Assembly (NCBI GenBank): GCA_964598695.1
Contig: CAZRDB010000002.1
Location: 30,857-94,856 of the forward strand
Source: an uncultured Armatimonadia bacterium
GTDB taxonomy: Bacteria; Armatimonadota; Zipacnadia; UBA1398
Length of the DNA: 64,000 nucleotides
Direction: 5' to 3'
The notes beneath the pieces are model-generated. The model was not told where the DNA came from, searched no databases, and saw only the letters and a program-made list of their open reading frames with translations. The position numbers and the translations under genes are program-made. The first letter of the stretch is position 1; each line of letters begins with the position of its first letter. Of the stretch, positions 26,660 to 35,320 are shown piece by piece.

Positions 26660-27648
26660 GCCGCGCCCTCCTCTCGCACACGGTCGGAGAAGTGGCAGGC
26701 CACGGTATGGCCGTGCGCCACTTCGCGGACGGATGGGAACTCCCGCCGGCAGATCTCCTCGGCATAGCCGCAGCGCGGGTGGAACGGGCAGCCGGGGGGG
26801 ACCTCCCACAGCCCCGGGACCGTTCCCGGGATCGCCTCCAGGCGCTGGACCTCGCCCGAGGCGACACGGAGGCGGGGGACCGAACGCATCAGCCCGCGCG
26901 TGTACGGGTGACCGGGACGCGCGAACAGCGGCCGCACCGGCGCGCTCTCGACCATCCGGCCCGCGTACATCACGGTGACCCGGTCGCAGACCTGCGCGAC
27001 CACCCCGAGGTTGTGGGTGACGAGAAGCACCGCCGCCCGCGTCTCATCGCGCAGCCGCCGCATGAGCGTGAGAATCTGCGCCTGGACCGTCACGTCGAGC
27101 GCTGTTGTCGGCTCGTCGGCGATCAGCAGGCGCGGCTCGCAGACGAGTGCCATGGCGATCATCGCCCGCTGTCGCATCCCGCCGCTCAACTGGTGCGGAA
27201 ACTCGCGCACCCGGCGCGCCGGGTCGGGGATCCCGACCTGGCCAAGGACCTCGATCACCCGGCCCCGCGCCTGTGCCCACGACTGGCCGCGATGCAGCAC
27301 GAGCGGCTCCGAGAGCTGCTCACCGATGGTGATACACGGGTTGAGCGAGGTCATCGGCTCCTGGAAGATCATGCTGACCTTGTCGCCCCGGATCCGACGC
27401 ATCTCGCGCTCCGAGAGGGCCGTCAGGTCGACGCCGTCGAGGCGCAGAAGATCGGCGCGGACCCGGCCCGAGGGGTGGATCAGTCGCGGGATCGAGAGGC
27501 ATGTCTGGCTCTTGCCGCAGCCCGACTCGCCCACCAGGCCCACGATCTCGCCCGGCTCCACGGTCAGCTCGGCGCCGTGGACCGCGCGCAGCACGCCGTC
27601 GAGCGTTCGGAAGTCGATTGTCAGCCCCTTCATCTCGAGGAGCGGCAT
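26656..27648 (-). CDS. Oligopeptide/dipeptide ABC transporter ATP-binding protein (OppD/DppD-like)
   Basis: GESGCGKSQT, LSGGMRQR and a C-terminal PPGCPFHPRC extension. Confidence 0.85.
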   Translation of the reverse strand: MPLLEMKGLTIDFRTLDGVLRAVHGAELTVEPGEIVGLVGESGCGKSQTCLSIPRLIHPSGRVRADLLRLDGVDLTALSEREMRRIRGDKVSMIFQEPMTSLNPCITIGEQLSEPLVLHRGQSWAQARGRVIEVLGQVGIPDPARRVREFPHQLSGGMRQRAMIAMALVCEPRLLIADEPTTALDVTVQAQILTLMRRLRDETRAAVLLVTHNLGVVAQVCDRVTVMYAGRMVESAPVRPLFARPGHPYTRGLMRSVPRLRVASGEVQRLEAIPGTVPGLWEVPPGCPFHPRCGYAEEICRREFPSVREVAHGHTVACHFSDRVREEGAA

Positions 27649-27655
27649 GGCGGGG

Positions 27656-28555
27656 TCACACCGTTTCGTGCTTCGGGTCCATCGCGTCCCGTAGGCCGTC
27701 GGCCAACAGGTTGAACGCGAAGACCGCGAGCAGGGTCGAGACCGCGGGGCAGACGATCATCCACCACGCGGACTGCAGGTAGGAGCGGCCCTCGGAGACC
27801 ATCACGCCCCAGCTCGGGTTCGGGGGGGTGACGCCGAAGCCGAGGAAGCTGATGCCCGCCTCGGCCGCGATCGCGCCGGCGATCCCTCCGGCGATCGCGA
27901 CGACGACGAAGCCGATCATGTTGGGGAGCATGTGGCGGAAGATCGCGCGGAGAGGCCCTGCCCCGAGCGCCTTGGCCGCCAGCACGTACTCCTGCTCCCG
28001 GAACGAGCGGAACAGGTTGCGGGTGAGCCGACACATGCCCACCCACGAGGCGAGGCCGATCGCGAGGTACACCTTGAACAGCTTCGGCTCGCCCGCCGGG
28101 GGCAGGGCGTTCGTCAGCGCCAGGATGAACAGCAGCTCCGGGAACGTCGCGACGATGCTGTAGACGAAGATGATCGTCTGATCGACCGCTCCGCCGTAGT
28201 AACCCGCGATCCCGCCGAGCAGCAGGCCGATGGAGATCGCGACCGCCGTCGCGATGACCCCGACCATCAGCGCGATCCGGGATCCGTACAGCACCCGGCT
28301 CAGGATATCGCGGCCGTAGAGGTCGGTCCCGAACGGGTGGGCGAGGCTCGGTGCGACGCGGACGCTGGCGAGGTCCTGGACGATCGGGTCTTGGCGCGTG
28401 AGCAACGGCGCGCACAGCGCCGCGGCCACGAGGAGCACCACGTAGCACAGCGCGGCCATCGCGAGCCGGTTGCGGCGCAGCCGGGTCCAGACATCCCGCC
28501 AGTAGCCGCGCTTGCGGCGCGGGCGGACCCCGTTGTCGACGATCGCCTCGGCCAC
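27656..28555 (-). CDS. Oligopeptide/dipeptide ABC transporter permease (OppC/DppC-like)
   Basis: YWRDVWTRLRRNRLAMAALCYVVLL N-terminus typical of OppC. GTG start at 28555 (cac confirmed in sequence). The track ORF's upstream extension is rejected. Confidence 0.8.
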   Translation of the reverse strand: MAEAIVDNGVRPRRKRGYWRDVWTRLRRNRLAMAALCYVVLLVAAALCAPLLTRQDPIVQDLASVRVAPSLAHPFGTDLYGRDILSRVLYGSRIALMVGVIATAVAISIGLLLGGIAGYYGGAVDQTIIFVYSIVATFPELLFILALTNALPPAGEPKLFKVYLAIGLASWVGMCRLTRNLFRSFREQEYVLAAKALGAGPLRAIFRHMLPNMIGFVVVAIAGGIAGAIAAEAGISFLGFGVTPPNPSWGVMVSEGRSYLQSAWWMIVCPAVSTLLAVFAFNLLADGLRDAMDPKHETV

Positions 28556-28563
28556 GTCACCCC

Positions 28564-29505
28564 TCACTTCAGCGTCACCCGCGGGTCCACATAGGCGGTG
28601 AGCAGGTCGCCCGCGAGGTCGGCGAGCACGAAGAGGATCGCGCCGAACATCACGGTGCCCATGATCGTGGGGAAGTCGCGGTTGTTGATCGCGTCGACCG
28701 CCAGCAGCCCGACGCCCGGCCAGCCGAAGACCGTCTCGACGAAGAACGCCCCGGCCAGCGAGCCCGCCACCGCGATCGAGAGGTTGGTCACCAGCGGCAC
28801 CATGGCGTTGCGGAGCGCGTGGCGGACGACCACCACCAGCTCCGGGAGAACCATCGCCTTCGCGGTGAGGATGTAGTCCTGCGTGAGAACCTCGAGGATC
28901 GCCGTGCGGGTGAGGCGCGTGAGTCCCGCGAAGCTGCCGAGCGTGAGCACGAACAGCGGAAGGCACAGGTGCAGCCAGCCCCAGGGGCCGCTGATGTAGC
29001 CGGCGATCGGGAGGATCTTGAGCTTCTGGCCGAGGAACCACTGCAGGAAGATCGCGAGCAGGAAGAACGGGATCGAGACCAGCGCGAAGGTCAGGAAGCG
29101 GATGGTGTTGTCGACGGTCTTGTTGGCCCGCATCGCCGACCACAGCCCCGCTCCGATCCCCAGGAACGTGCCCAGCGTGAGCGCGGGGATCCCGAGCAGC
29201 GCCGTCGCGGGCAGGCGCTGGAGGATCGACTCGCGGACATCGCGCTTGGTGGTGAACGACTGGCCGAAGTCCAGCACCGCCACCCGCCGCAGGAACCGGG
29301 CGTACTGCACCGGCTTCGGCTGGTCGAGGCCCCACTGGTGCGCCATCGCCTCCTCCATCGCCGCGTCGCGGTGCTGGCCCATCAACAGGCGGGCCGGGTC
29401 GCCGGGGACGATGAAGAACAGCACGAACGTGACGGTGAACACGCCCCAGAGGATCGGGATCGTGAGCAGGAGCCGACGGGTGATGTACGCGACGTAGCCG
29501 CTCAT
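28564..29505 (-). CDS. Oligopeptide/dipeptide ABC transporter permease (OppB/DppB-like)
   Basis: Start MSGYVAYITRRLLLTIPILWGVFTVTF (residue 49 of the track ORF). ATGA overlap with the SBP gene. Opp permease EAA-like region present. Confidence 0.8.
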   Translation of the reverse strand: MSGYVAYITRRLLLTIPILWGVFTVTFVLFFIVPGDPARLLMGQHRDAAMEEAMAHQWGLDQPKPVQYARFLRRVAVLDFGQSFTTKRDVRESILQRLPATALLGIPALTLGTFLGIGAGLWSAMRANKTVDNTIRFLTFALVSIPFFLLAIFLQWFLGQKLKILPIAGYISGPWGWLHLCLPLFVLTLGSFAGLTRLTRTAILEVLTQDYILTAKAMVLPELVVVVRHALRNAMVPLVTNLSIAVAGSLAGAFFVETVFGWPGVGLLAVDAINNRDFPTIMGTVMFGAILFVLADLAGDLLTAYVDPRVTLK

Positions 29506-31298
29506 CGGGGGGCGCTCACCGCGCCCGACGCGCGCTCGAGCCGCACGTTCTTGTAGTAGAAGAGGCCGAGGGGGTTCACCGGGTAGTCCTTCACCCACGG
29601 CTGCTGGAGCTGGACCGTCTCGGCGTAGGTCGTGAACAGCCACGGGCAATCGTCGATGATGAGCGCCGCGGCCTCCCGGTAGATCTCCGCCCGCCGGTCG
29701 GAGTCCATCTCACCCATCGCGAGGTCGTACAGCCGGTCGACCTCCGGGTTCGCGTAGAAGGTGCTGTTGGGGCCGTCGGGCGCGAAGTTGCGCGAGACGA
29801 AGAGCGCGAGGAAGTTCTCGGCGTCCGGGTAGTCGGCGATCCACCCCAGCGTGAAGATGCGCGCCTCGTGGCGGTCGAGCGACTCCAGGTGCAGTGGCCA
29901 GGGCTGGAGCTTCAGCCGGACCTTGACCCCGATCCGCGCGAGCTGGTCCATCACCGTCACCGCCTCGCGGCTGGGCGCGTTGGCCGCCGACGAGACGTAG
30001 ATGACCTGCTCCGCGAGCCCCTCGCCGCCCGGGTAGCCGGCCTCGGCGAGGAGCTGCTTCGCGCGCTCCGGGTTGTACGCCCACCGGTGCTCCTCCGGGT
30101 CGTGGCCCGGCAGGCCGGGGGGGATCGGTCCGTACGCGGGACGCCCCACGCCCCGGTTGATCTCACGGATCATCGTCTCGCGGTCGATCGCGCAGTTCAG
30201 CGCCTGCCGCAGCTTCTTGTTGTCGCCGAACGGCGGGTTCTGCATGTCGAAGCCGTAGTAGGCCGTGTTGAGCGTGGGCGTGGTCTGCAGAACCGACCGG
30301 CTCGCGAACGGCTCCTTGAGCGTCCGGTCCGGGTTCATCACCCGATCCCAGTCCTGGTCGGGAACGCCGGTCACGTCGGAGCGGCCCTGCTCGAACTCCA
30401 TGAACGCCGTGTGCGGGTCGCGCCGGCTGATGTACCGCACACCGTCGATGTACGGGTACGGCCGCCCCTCGGCGTCGCGGCCCCAGTACTCGGGGTTGCG
30501 GCGGAGGATCAGCTCGATGTCCGGCTCCCACCGCTCCAGGACGAACGGCCCCGTCCCCACGGGGTGGCGGAAGAACGTGTCGGCCCCCGGCGGGTTGCCG
30601 ATCGCGCCGTAGGCCCGGATCGCCTCGGGAGGCGTGGCCCGGAAGTAGGCCATCGCCAGCACCTTGATGAACGGCGCGAACGGCTCGGCGAGGTGGATCC
30701 GGAACGTGCGGTCGTCCACGGCCTCGAAGCCCTCGATCCCGTCGGCCTCGAGGGTCGCGAGGTCGAGCTTCCAGAAGTCCGGGTTGTCCTCGAGCAGCTT
30801 CTGGCGCCGCTCCACGTACTCGGCGGCCCCCACGACGCGATCCTCGATCAGCCACGAGCCGAGGCTCATCGCGATCGGGTCGCAGACCCGGGTGAAGCTG
30901 TAGCGGAGGTCCTCCGCCGTCACCTCGCGCCCCTTGCCGTCCGGGAAGCACGGGTCGTCGACGAACCGGACGCCTCCGCGCAGGTGGAAGGTGTAGGTCC
31001 GGCCGTCGGGCGCGATCTCCCACCGCTCCGCGAGGCACGGCTCGACCTCCAGCGTCGTCTGGTTGTACGAGACGAGTCCCTCGTAGATCTGATCGCAGAT
31101 CGAGGTCGAGGAGGTGTCGCTCATCTGCACGGGGTCGAGCGAGCGCACCTGCACGGCGCTCGTCGCCAGGCTGAGCGTGTTGTCGGTGATCGCCGGCCCC
31201 CGCGTGGCGCGAGCCAGCCCGCCGACGATGGCGAACATCGCGATGTGAATGAGCACGACGGCCGCGAAGAACCGCGCCACACCCGCGTAGAGCCGCAT
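29502..31298 (-). CDS. ABC transporter substrate-binding protein, family 5 (OppA/DppA-like), N-terminal signal anchor
   Basis: 598 aa. N-terminal hydrophobic segment AAVVLIHIAMFAIVGGLA, then family-5 SBP sequence. First gene of the operon on the minus strand. Confidence 0.8.
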   Translation of the reverse strand: MRLYAGVARFFAAVVLIHIAMFAIVGGLARATRGPAITDNTLSLATSAVQVRSLDPVQMSDTSSTSICDQIYEGLVSYNQTTLEVEPCLAERWEIAPDGRTYTFHLRGGVRFVDDPCFPDGKGREVTAEDLRYSFTRVCDPIAMSLGSWLIEDRVVGAAEYVERRQKLLEDNPDFWKLDLATLEADGIEGFEAVDDRTFRIHLAEPFAPFIKVLAMAYFRATPPEAIRAYGAIGNPPGADTFFRHPVGTGPFVLERWEPDIELILRRNPEYWGRDAEGRPYPYIDGVRYISRRDPHTAFMEFEQGRSDVTGVPDQDWDRVMNPDRTLKEPFASRSVLQTTPTLNTAYYGFDMQNPPFGDNKKLRQALNCAIDRETMIREINRGVGRPAYGPIPPGLPGHDPEEHRWAYNPERAKQLLAEAGYPGGEGLAEQVIYVSSAANAPSREAVTVMDQLARIGVKVRLKLQPWPLHLESLDRHEARIFTLGWIADYPDAENFLALFVSRNFAPDGPNSTFYANPEVDRLYDLAMGEMDSDRRAEIYREAAALIIDDCPWLFTTYAETVQLQQPWVKDYPVNPLGLFYYKNVRLERASGAVSAPR

Positions 31299-31370
31299 GG
31301 ATCACCTCCCCCGTGGGGGCCGCCCGGGCGACGGCGCCTGGCCCCGCCCGGAGCGGCTGCTCACACTACT

Positions 31371-32474
31371 CTAGGGATCGAGCGTCCCCGGACGCAAGCC
31401 GAGAGGCAGCGCCGCCGGACGCTCGCAGGTGCTCTCGATCGGCAGCCACGCGCCCTGCTCCCACGCGTCGGTGAACGAGCACATCAGGTCGAGCACATGG
31501 TACGCGAGTTGTCCCGAGGCCCGGTGCTTGCGCCCCGAGCGCGCCGCGTAGGCGAGATCGGCGACGCCGATGCCGCGGTAGTTCTCGGAGTAACCGTGTG
31601 ACAGCGGCACCTCGCGCCAGCCGTCGGCGCCCGGACGCCAGATCTCGACCGGCCCGCCGAAGGTGTTCGGGTCGGGGACGCTCAGCGTGCCCTCCTCGCC
31701 GTAGATCTCGATCCGCGGTAGGCGGCCCGCCCAGACATCGAAGCTCGTGGTGATGGTGACCAGGGGGCCGCTCTCGAACTCCATGATCCCGTTCACGTGG
31801 GTGGGCACCTCGACGGCCACCCGCGTGCCATAGTGCGGCTGGCTGGTGATCAGGCGCTCGGGGAACGACTTCGTCGCCGACGCGGCCACGCGCTTGACCG
31901 GCCCCAACAGGTTGACCAGCGCGGTCAGGTAGTACGGGCCCATGTCGAACATCGGGCCGGCGCCGGGCTTGTAGAAGAACTCGGGATCGGGGTGCCAGCC
32001 CTCGGGGCCGCGGCTGAGCATGAACGCCATGCCGCCGATCGGACGGCCGATCCAACCGTCGTCGATCAGCTTGCGGCACGTCTGGAGCCCCCCGCCCAGG
32101 AACGTGTCCGGGGCGCATCCCACGCGGAGGCCCTGCTCGGCCGCCCTGGCGAGCACCGCCTTGCCGCCGGAGCGCTCCACCGCGAACGGCTTCTCGGCGT
32201 AGGCGTGCTTGCCGGCCTCGACCGTCGCCAGCGAGATCTCGGCGTGGACCTTCGGGATGGTCAGGTTGAGCACCACCTCGACCTCGGGGTCGGTCAGCAT
32301 CTCGTCGAGCGTCACCGCCCGCGCGATCGCGAACTCCTCGGCCTTCGCCTTCGCGCGCTCCATCACGAGGTCGCTGCATGCCACGACCTCCAGGTTCTCG
32401 AAGCGCTTCGCGGCCGCGAAGTACGCGCCGCAGATGTTGCCGCACCCCACCACTCCGACCTTCGTCTTCTCCAT
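31371..32474 (-). CDS. Gfo/Idh/MocA-family NAD(P)-dependent oxidoreductase
   Basis: Rossmann N-terminus MEKTKVGVVGCGNICGAYFAAA...EKP. ATG top coordinate 32474 with gaggagagg upstream. The 930-aa track ORF is a GC-artefact extension. Confidence 0.85.
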   Translation of the reverse strand: MEKTKVGVVGCGNICGAYFAAAKRFENLEVVACSDLVMERAKAKAEEFAIARAVTLDEMLTDPEVEVVLNLTIPKVHAEISLATVEAGKHAYAEKPFAVERSGGKAVLARAAEQGLRVGCAPDTFLGGGLQTCRKLIDDGWIGRPIGGMAFMLSRGPEGWHPDPEFFYKPGAGPMFDMGPYYLTALVNLLGPVKRVAASATKSFPERLITSQPHYGTRVAVEVPTHVNGIMEFESGPLVTITTSFDVWAGRLPRIEIYGEEGTLSVPDPNTFGGPVEIWRPGADGWREVPLSHGYSENYRGIGVADLAYAARSGRKHRASGQLAYHVLDLMCSFTDAWEQGAWLPIESTCERPAALPLGLRPGTLDP

Positions 32475-32633
32475 GCTGACCTCTCCTCGCCGCCGGCGGC
32501 CGCGCGCCCCTCCCGCGATCCCGCCGTCCGCTATTCGCTCCCCCCGGCCCGATGCACCTCCAGGCGCGCCCGCGCAGGTCCGCGCGCCCCGCGTGCGGAA
32601 GGACGCGATGCCCCCAGGGGCGGAAGGAGCTGG

Positions 32634-33548
32634 TTGCCCGTGCGTCGGGTCCGGATCGCCCTGCTCTGCCTCGTGGCACTGATGGTGCTGACCGCCGGCT
32701 GCCTGCCCAAGTGGGTCCAGCGCGCCCGCGGGCCCCAGACCGGAGCCTCCTCGTCCGACGCGCGGAACACCGAGCCGCCGGCCGCCGAGTCCACCCCTGC
32801 CAAGCCCCCCGCCGAGACGCCGGCCCGCACCACACGGCCGAGCGGCGCCAAGGGCGGCAAGCTGAGCGACCGGCTGAAGGGCGGCTCCTCCGAGGGCTCC
32901 GACGGCCCCGTCGATCTGCCGAACCTCGATCCGATGGAGTTCGCGGCCGAGGGCTACGAGCCGACCGCCACGGGCGAGGCCGACATCGACGACGACGGCG
33001 TCAGCGAGGGCCTGGTCGTCTACCAAGGCTTCGAGGTCGACTCGGTGGGGGAGCCCGTCCGACCCGCCTACATCTCGATCCTCCGCTCGGAGGGCTCGGG
33101 CTGGCAGGAGTGGACGAAGATCGTCGGCGAGAACGATGAGCGGTTCGCCGACAGCGACTCGCTCGTCCGCGCCGGCGACATCAACGGCGACGGCACGCCC
33201 GAGCTGATCCTGCGGTTCTTCGGCTTCGGCGTCTCCAGCCGGCCCGAGAACGTGTACGTCTACCAACTCCTCGACGACGGCTCCGTCACCCCCGTCATCG
33301 TCGGCGGATGCGTCGAGATGACCAGCAAGGACGGCTTCGTGGTGGCCGAGGTCGACTCCACGACGCCCGGCCCTGAGCTGATCTTCGCCCTCGTGCAGCC
33401 GAGCGACGGTCCGGAGTCCGACCCGCACCGCTTCGCCGTCGAGGCCTGGGGCTGGAACGGCTCGGAGTACGAGTACGTGAGCGGCGAGACGACCTCCACC
33501 ACCTACGCGAGCGGATCCGACGCCATCCAGGCCGTCTACGGCGTGTAG
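32634..33548 (+). CDS. Lipoprotein of unknown function (acidic, Thr/Ser-rich linker plus beta-rich C-terminal domain)
   Basis: LPVRRVRIALLCLVALMVLTAGC has lipobox LTAGC. TTG at 32634 (ggaagga 5 nt upstream) or GTG at 32640. Confidence 0.5.
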   Translation: MPVRRVRIALLCLVALMVLTAGCLPKWVQRARGPQTGASSSDARNTEPPAAESTPAKPPAETPARTTRPSGAKGGKLSDRLKGGSSEGSDGPVDLPNLDPMEFAAEGYEPTATGEADIDDDGVSEGLVVYQGFEVDSVGEPVRPAYISILRSEGSGWQEWTKIVGENDERFADSDSLVRAGDINGDGTPELILRFFGFGVSSRPENVYVYQLLDDGSVTPVIVGGCVEMTSKDGFVVAEVDSTTPGPELIFALVQPSDGPESDPHRFAVEAWGWNGSEYEYVSGETTSTTYASGSDAIQAVYGV

Positions 33549-33573
33549 CTCGCCCTTTCCCCCCCCGATCTCC

Positions 33574-33599
33574 CGCGGAGGCCCGGCCGGGCCTCCGCG
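33574..33599 (+). terminator. Perfect 26-nt GC palindrome (about 11-13 bp stem) after the lipoprotein gene
   Basis: cgcggaggcccggccgggcctccgcg equals its own reverse complement. Lies 26 nt after the stop at 33548. Confidence 0.6.
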
Positions 33600-33630
33600 C
33601 ACGCCTGTGCAGGATTCGGTACGATCCGAC

Positions 33631-33680
33631 ATGTATAGTATGCATGATCGGTATGCATAGGCGGTGATCGCACAATGCAT
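33631..33680 (+). promoter_or_regulatory. AT-rich island with three ATGCAT palindromic hexamers (putative promoter/operator of the AbrB-like gene)
   Basis: About 80 bp of roughly 45% GC in a roughly 70% GC genome: ...atgtatagTATGCATgatcggTATGCATaggcggtgatcgcacaATGCATgac. The third hexamer contains the start codon and no Shine-Dalgarno is obvious. Confidence 0.45.
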
Positions 33681-33959
33681 GACAAAGCAGACCCCGAACC
33701 CGAGGGCGCGTGGAGCGACGAGAGCTACTGCGGCTTCGTGACGGTCGGTGAGCGGGGCCAGGTCGTTATCCCGGCCGCCCTGCGACGCGACTGCGCGATC
33801 AACCCGGGCGATCGCCTCCTCGCGGCCCGCGCCCCGGTCGGGGGAGGGGTCGTCTTCGCCAAGATGGAGGTCCTCCGCGATCTGCTCGCGCGCATGGGTC
33901 TGCCGACCGGACCGCCCGACCGCCCTGAGCGGCCCAAGGCCAAGGGAGGCGGGAAGTGA
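33675..33959 (+). CDS. AbrB/MazE/SpoVT-family (swapped-hairpin) DNA-binding protein
   Basis: GFVTVGERGQVVIPAALRRDCAINPGDRL matches the AbrB/MazE N-terminal domain pattern. 94 aa; the stop overlaps the TolC start (GTGA). Confidence 0.7.
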   Translation: MHDKADPEPEGAWSDESYCGFVTVGERGQVVIPAALRRDCAINPGDRLLAARAPVGGGVVFAKMEVLRDLLARMGLPTGPPDRPERPKAKGGGK

Positions 33960-35320
33960 TCCTCTCACGGCACGCCGCGCTCGCCTGTGTCCTGCTCGCG
34001 CCGCTGGCCCGTGCGGCGGCGGGGCAGGAGGCGCCCCTCGCCGCGCAGGCCCCGGAGCCCTGGGGCCTCGCCGACTGCATTCGGTACGCGGTGGAGCACT
34101 CGCCCCGGCTGCACGCCGAACGTCACCGGCTGCGGGCCGCGCGCGAAGCCGTGGCTGAGGCACGGGCCGGCGACGACGCCCGGACCGTCGTGCAGGGAAC
34201 GGGCGCGGCCCAGGCCCCCGAGCTGAGCATTACCCTCCCCGAGGACCGCGTCGTCCGCGTCAGCCCGGCCACCCAGGCCTCACTGTCGATCTCGACGGTG
34301 CTGCCGCTCGACGTCTCCCACTACTGGCGCTATCGCCGCGACGGCGCCACGGAATCAGCCAGCGCCCAGGCCGAGCAGCTCCGACAGGCGGCCGAGCAGC
34401 TCGTGCTCGACACGATCACCGGCTACTACCGCGTGCTCATGGCCGCGGCCGGGCTCGATGCCGCGCGCGAGGCCGTGGGCGTGGCCGAGGCCGAACTGGC
34501 TCGGACGCGGGCCCGCCTCGCGGCCGGCGTCGCGACTCCCGCCCTGCTCGCGGTCGCCGAGTCCGCTCTCACCGACGCCCGCACCAAGCTGACCGCGCTG
34601 GAGCTGGCCTTCGCCGACGCCAACGCGTTCCTGGCCACGACCCTCGGCCTTCCCACCGAGCAGGCGCCCCCGCTGCTCGACGCCCCCCTCGAGCTGGACA
34701 CCTCGACGCCGTGGGAGGAAGCCCGCGATCTCGCGCTCCAGGAGCGCCCTGAGCTTGCCGGGCTCGTCCACTCGGCCGCCGCGCTCGGAGCCACCGCCCA
34801 GGCGATCCGCGCCAGCACGAAGCCGAGCCTCAGCCTCAGCGCCGGTGGAGGGCTCAACACGCCGGGCAGCCTCGCGAGCCCGACACGGAGCCTCCGTGCC
34901 GGCCTCGCCTTCTCCTGGCCCCTCGGCGGCAATGGATCGGCCCGCGCACAGGCCCGCAGCGCCGAGGAGCGTCGCGAGGCCGTGCTGCAGGATCTCGAGC
35001 AGACCCGGCTGCTCGTCGAGACGAAGGTCTACACCGCGATCAGCCGCCTCGAGGAGGTCGCCGCGACGCTCGAGGCCGACCGGTCGGCTCTCGCCGAGGC
35101 GGAGGCACTCGCCCTGCAGACACGGCTGCGCCACGAGGCCGGCGTCGCGACCGCCCAGGAGGTCGCCGCGCGGGCCTGCGCCGTGAGTGCCGCGCGGGCA
35201 CGGCTCCATGCCGACGAGTGCGACCAGTCGCTCGCCCGAGCTGAGTGGGCGCGGGCCCTGGGCATCCTGAGCCGTCTGGCGTTCGGTCCGCCGGCGCACA
35301 CGCGGGAGGTACAGCCATGA
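33956..35320 (+). CDS. TolC-family outer-membrane efflux protein
   Basis: Signal peptide MILSRHAALACVLLAPLARAAAGQ. Two OEP repeats with ...DTITGYYRVLMAAAGLDAAREAV... GTG start with agggagg upstream. Confidence 0.8.
   Translation: MILSRHAALACVLLAPLARAAAGQEAPLAAQAPEPWGLADCIRYAVEHSPRLHAERHRLRAAREAVAEARAGDDARTVVQGTGAAQAPELSITLPEDRVVRVSPATQASLSISTVLPLDVSHYWRYRRDGATESASAQAEQLRQAAEQLVLDTITGYYRVLMAAAGLDAAREAVGVAEAELARTRARLAAGVATPALLAVAESALTDARTKLTALELAFADANAFLATTLGLPTEQAPPLLDAPLELDTSTPWEEARDLALQERPELAGLVHSAAALGATAQAIRASTKPSLSLSAGGGLNTPGSLASPTRSLRAGLAFSWPLGGNGSARAQARSAEERREAVLQDLEQTRLLVETKVYTAISRLEEVAATLEADRSALAEAEALALQTRLRHEAGVATAQEVAARACAVSAARARLHADECDQSLARAEWARALGILSRLAFGPPAHTREVQP

Noticed and set aside
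31371-34163. 930-aa minus-strand ORF spanning the Gfo/Idh/MocA gene and beyond
   Set aside because: Only the C-terminal 367 codons (31371..32474) form a coherent Rossmann oxidoreductase with an RBS at the internal ATG. The upstream 560 codons overlap the plus-strand lipoprotein, AbrB-like and TolC genes and are low-complexity.
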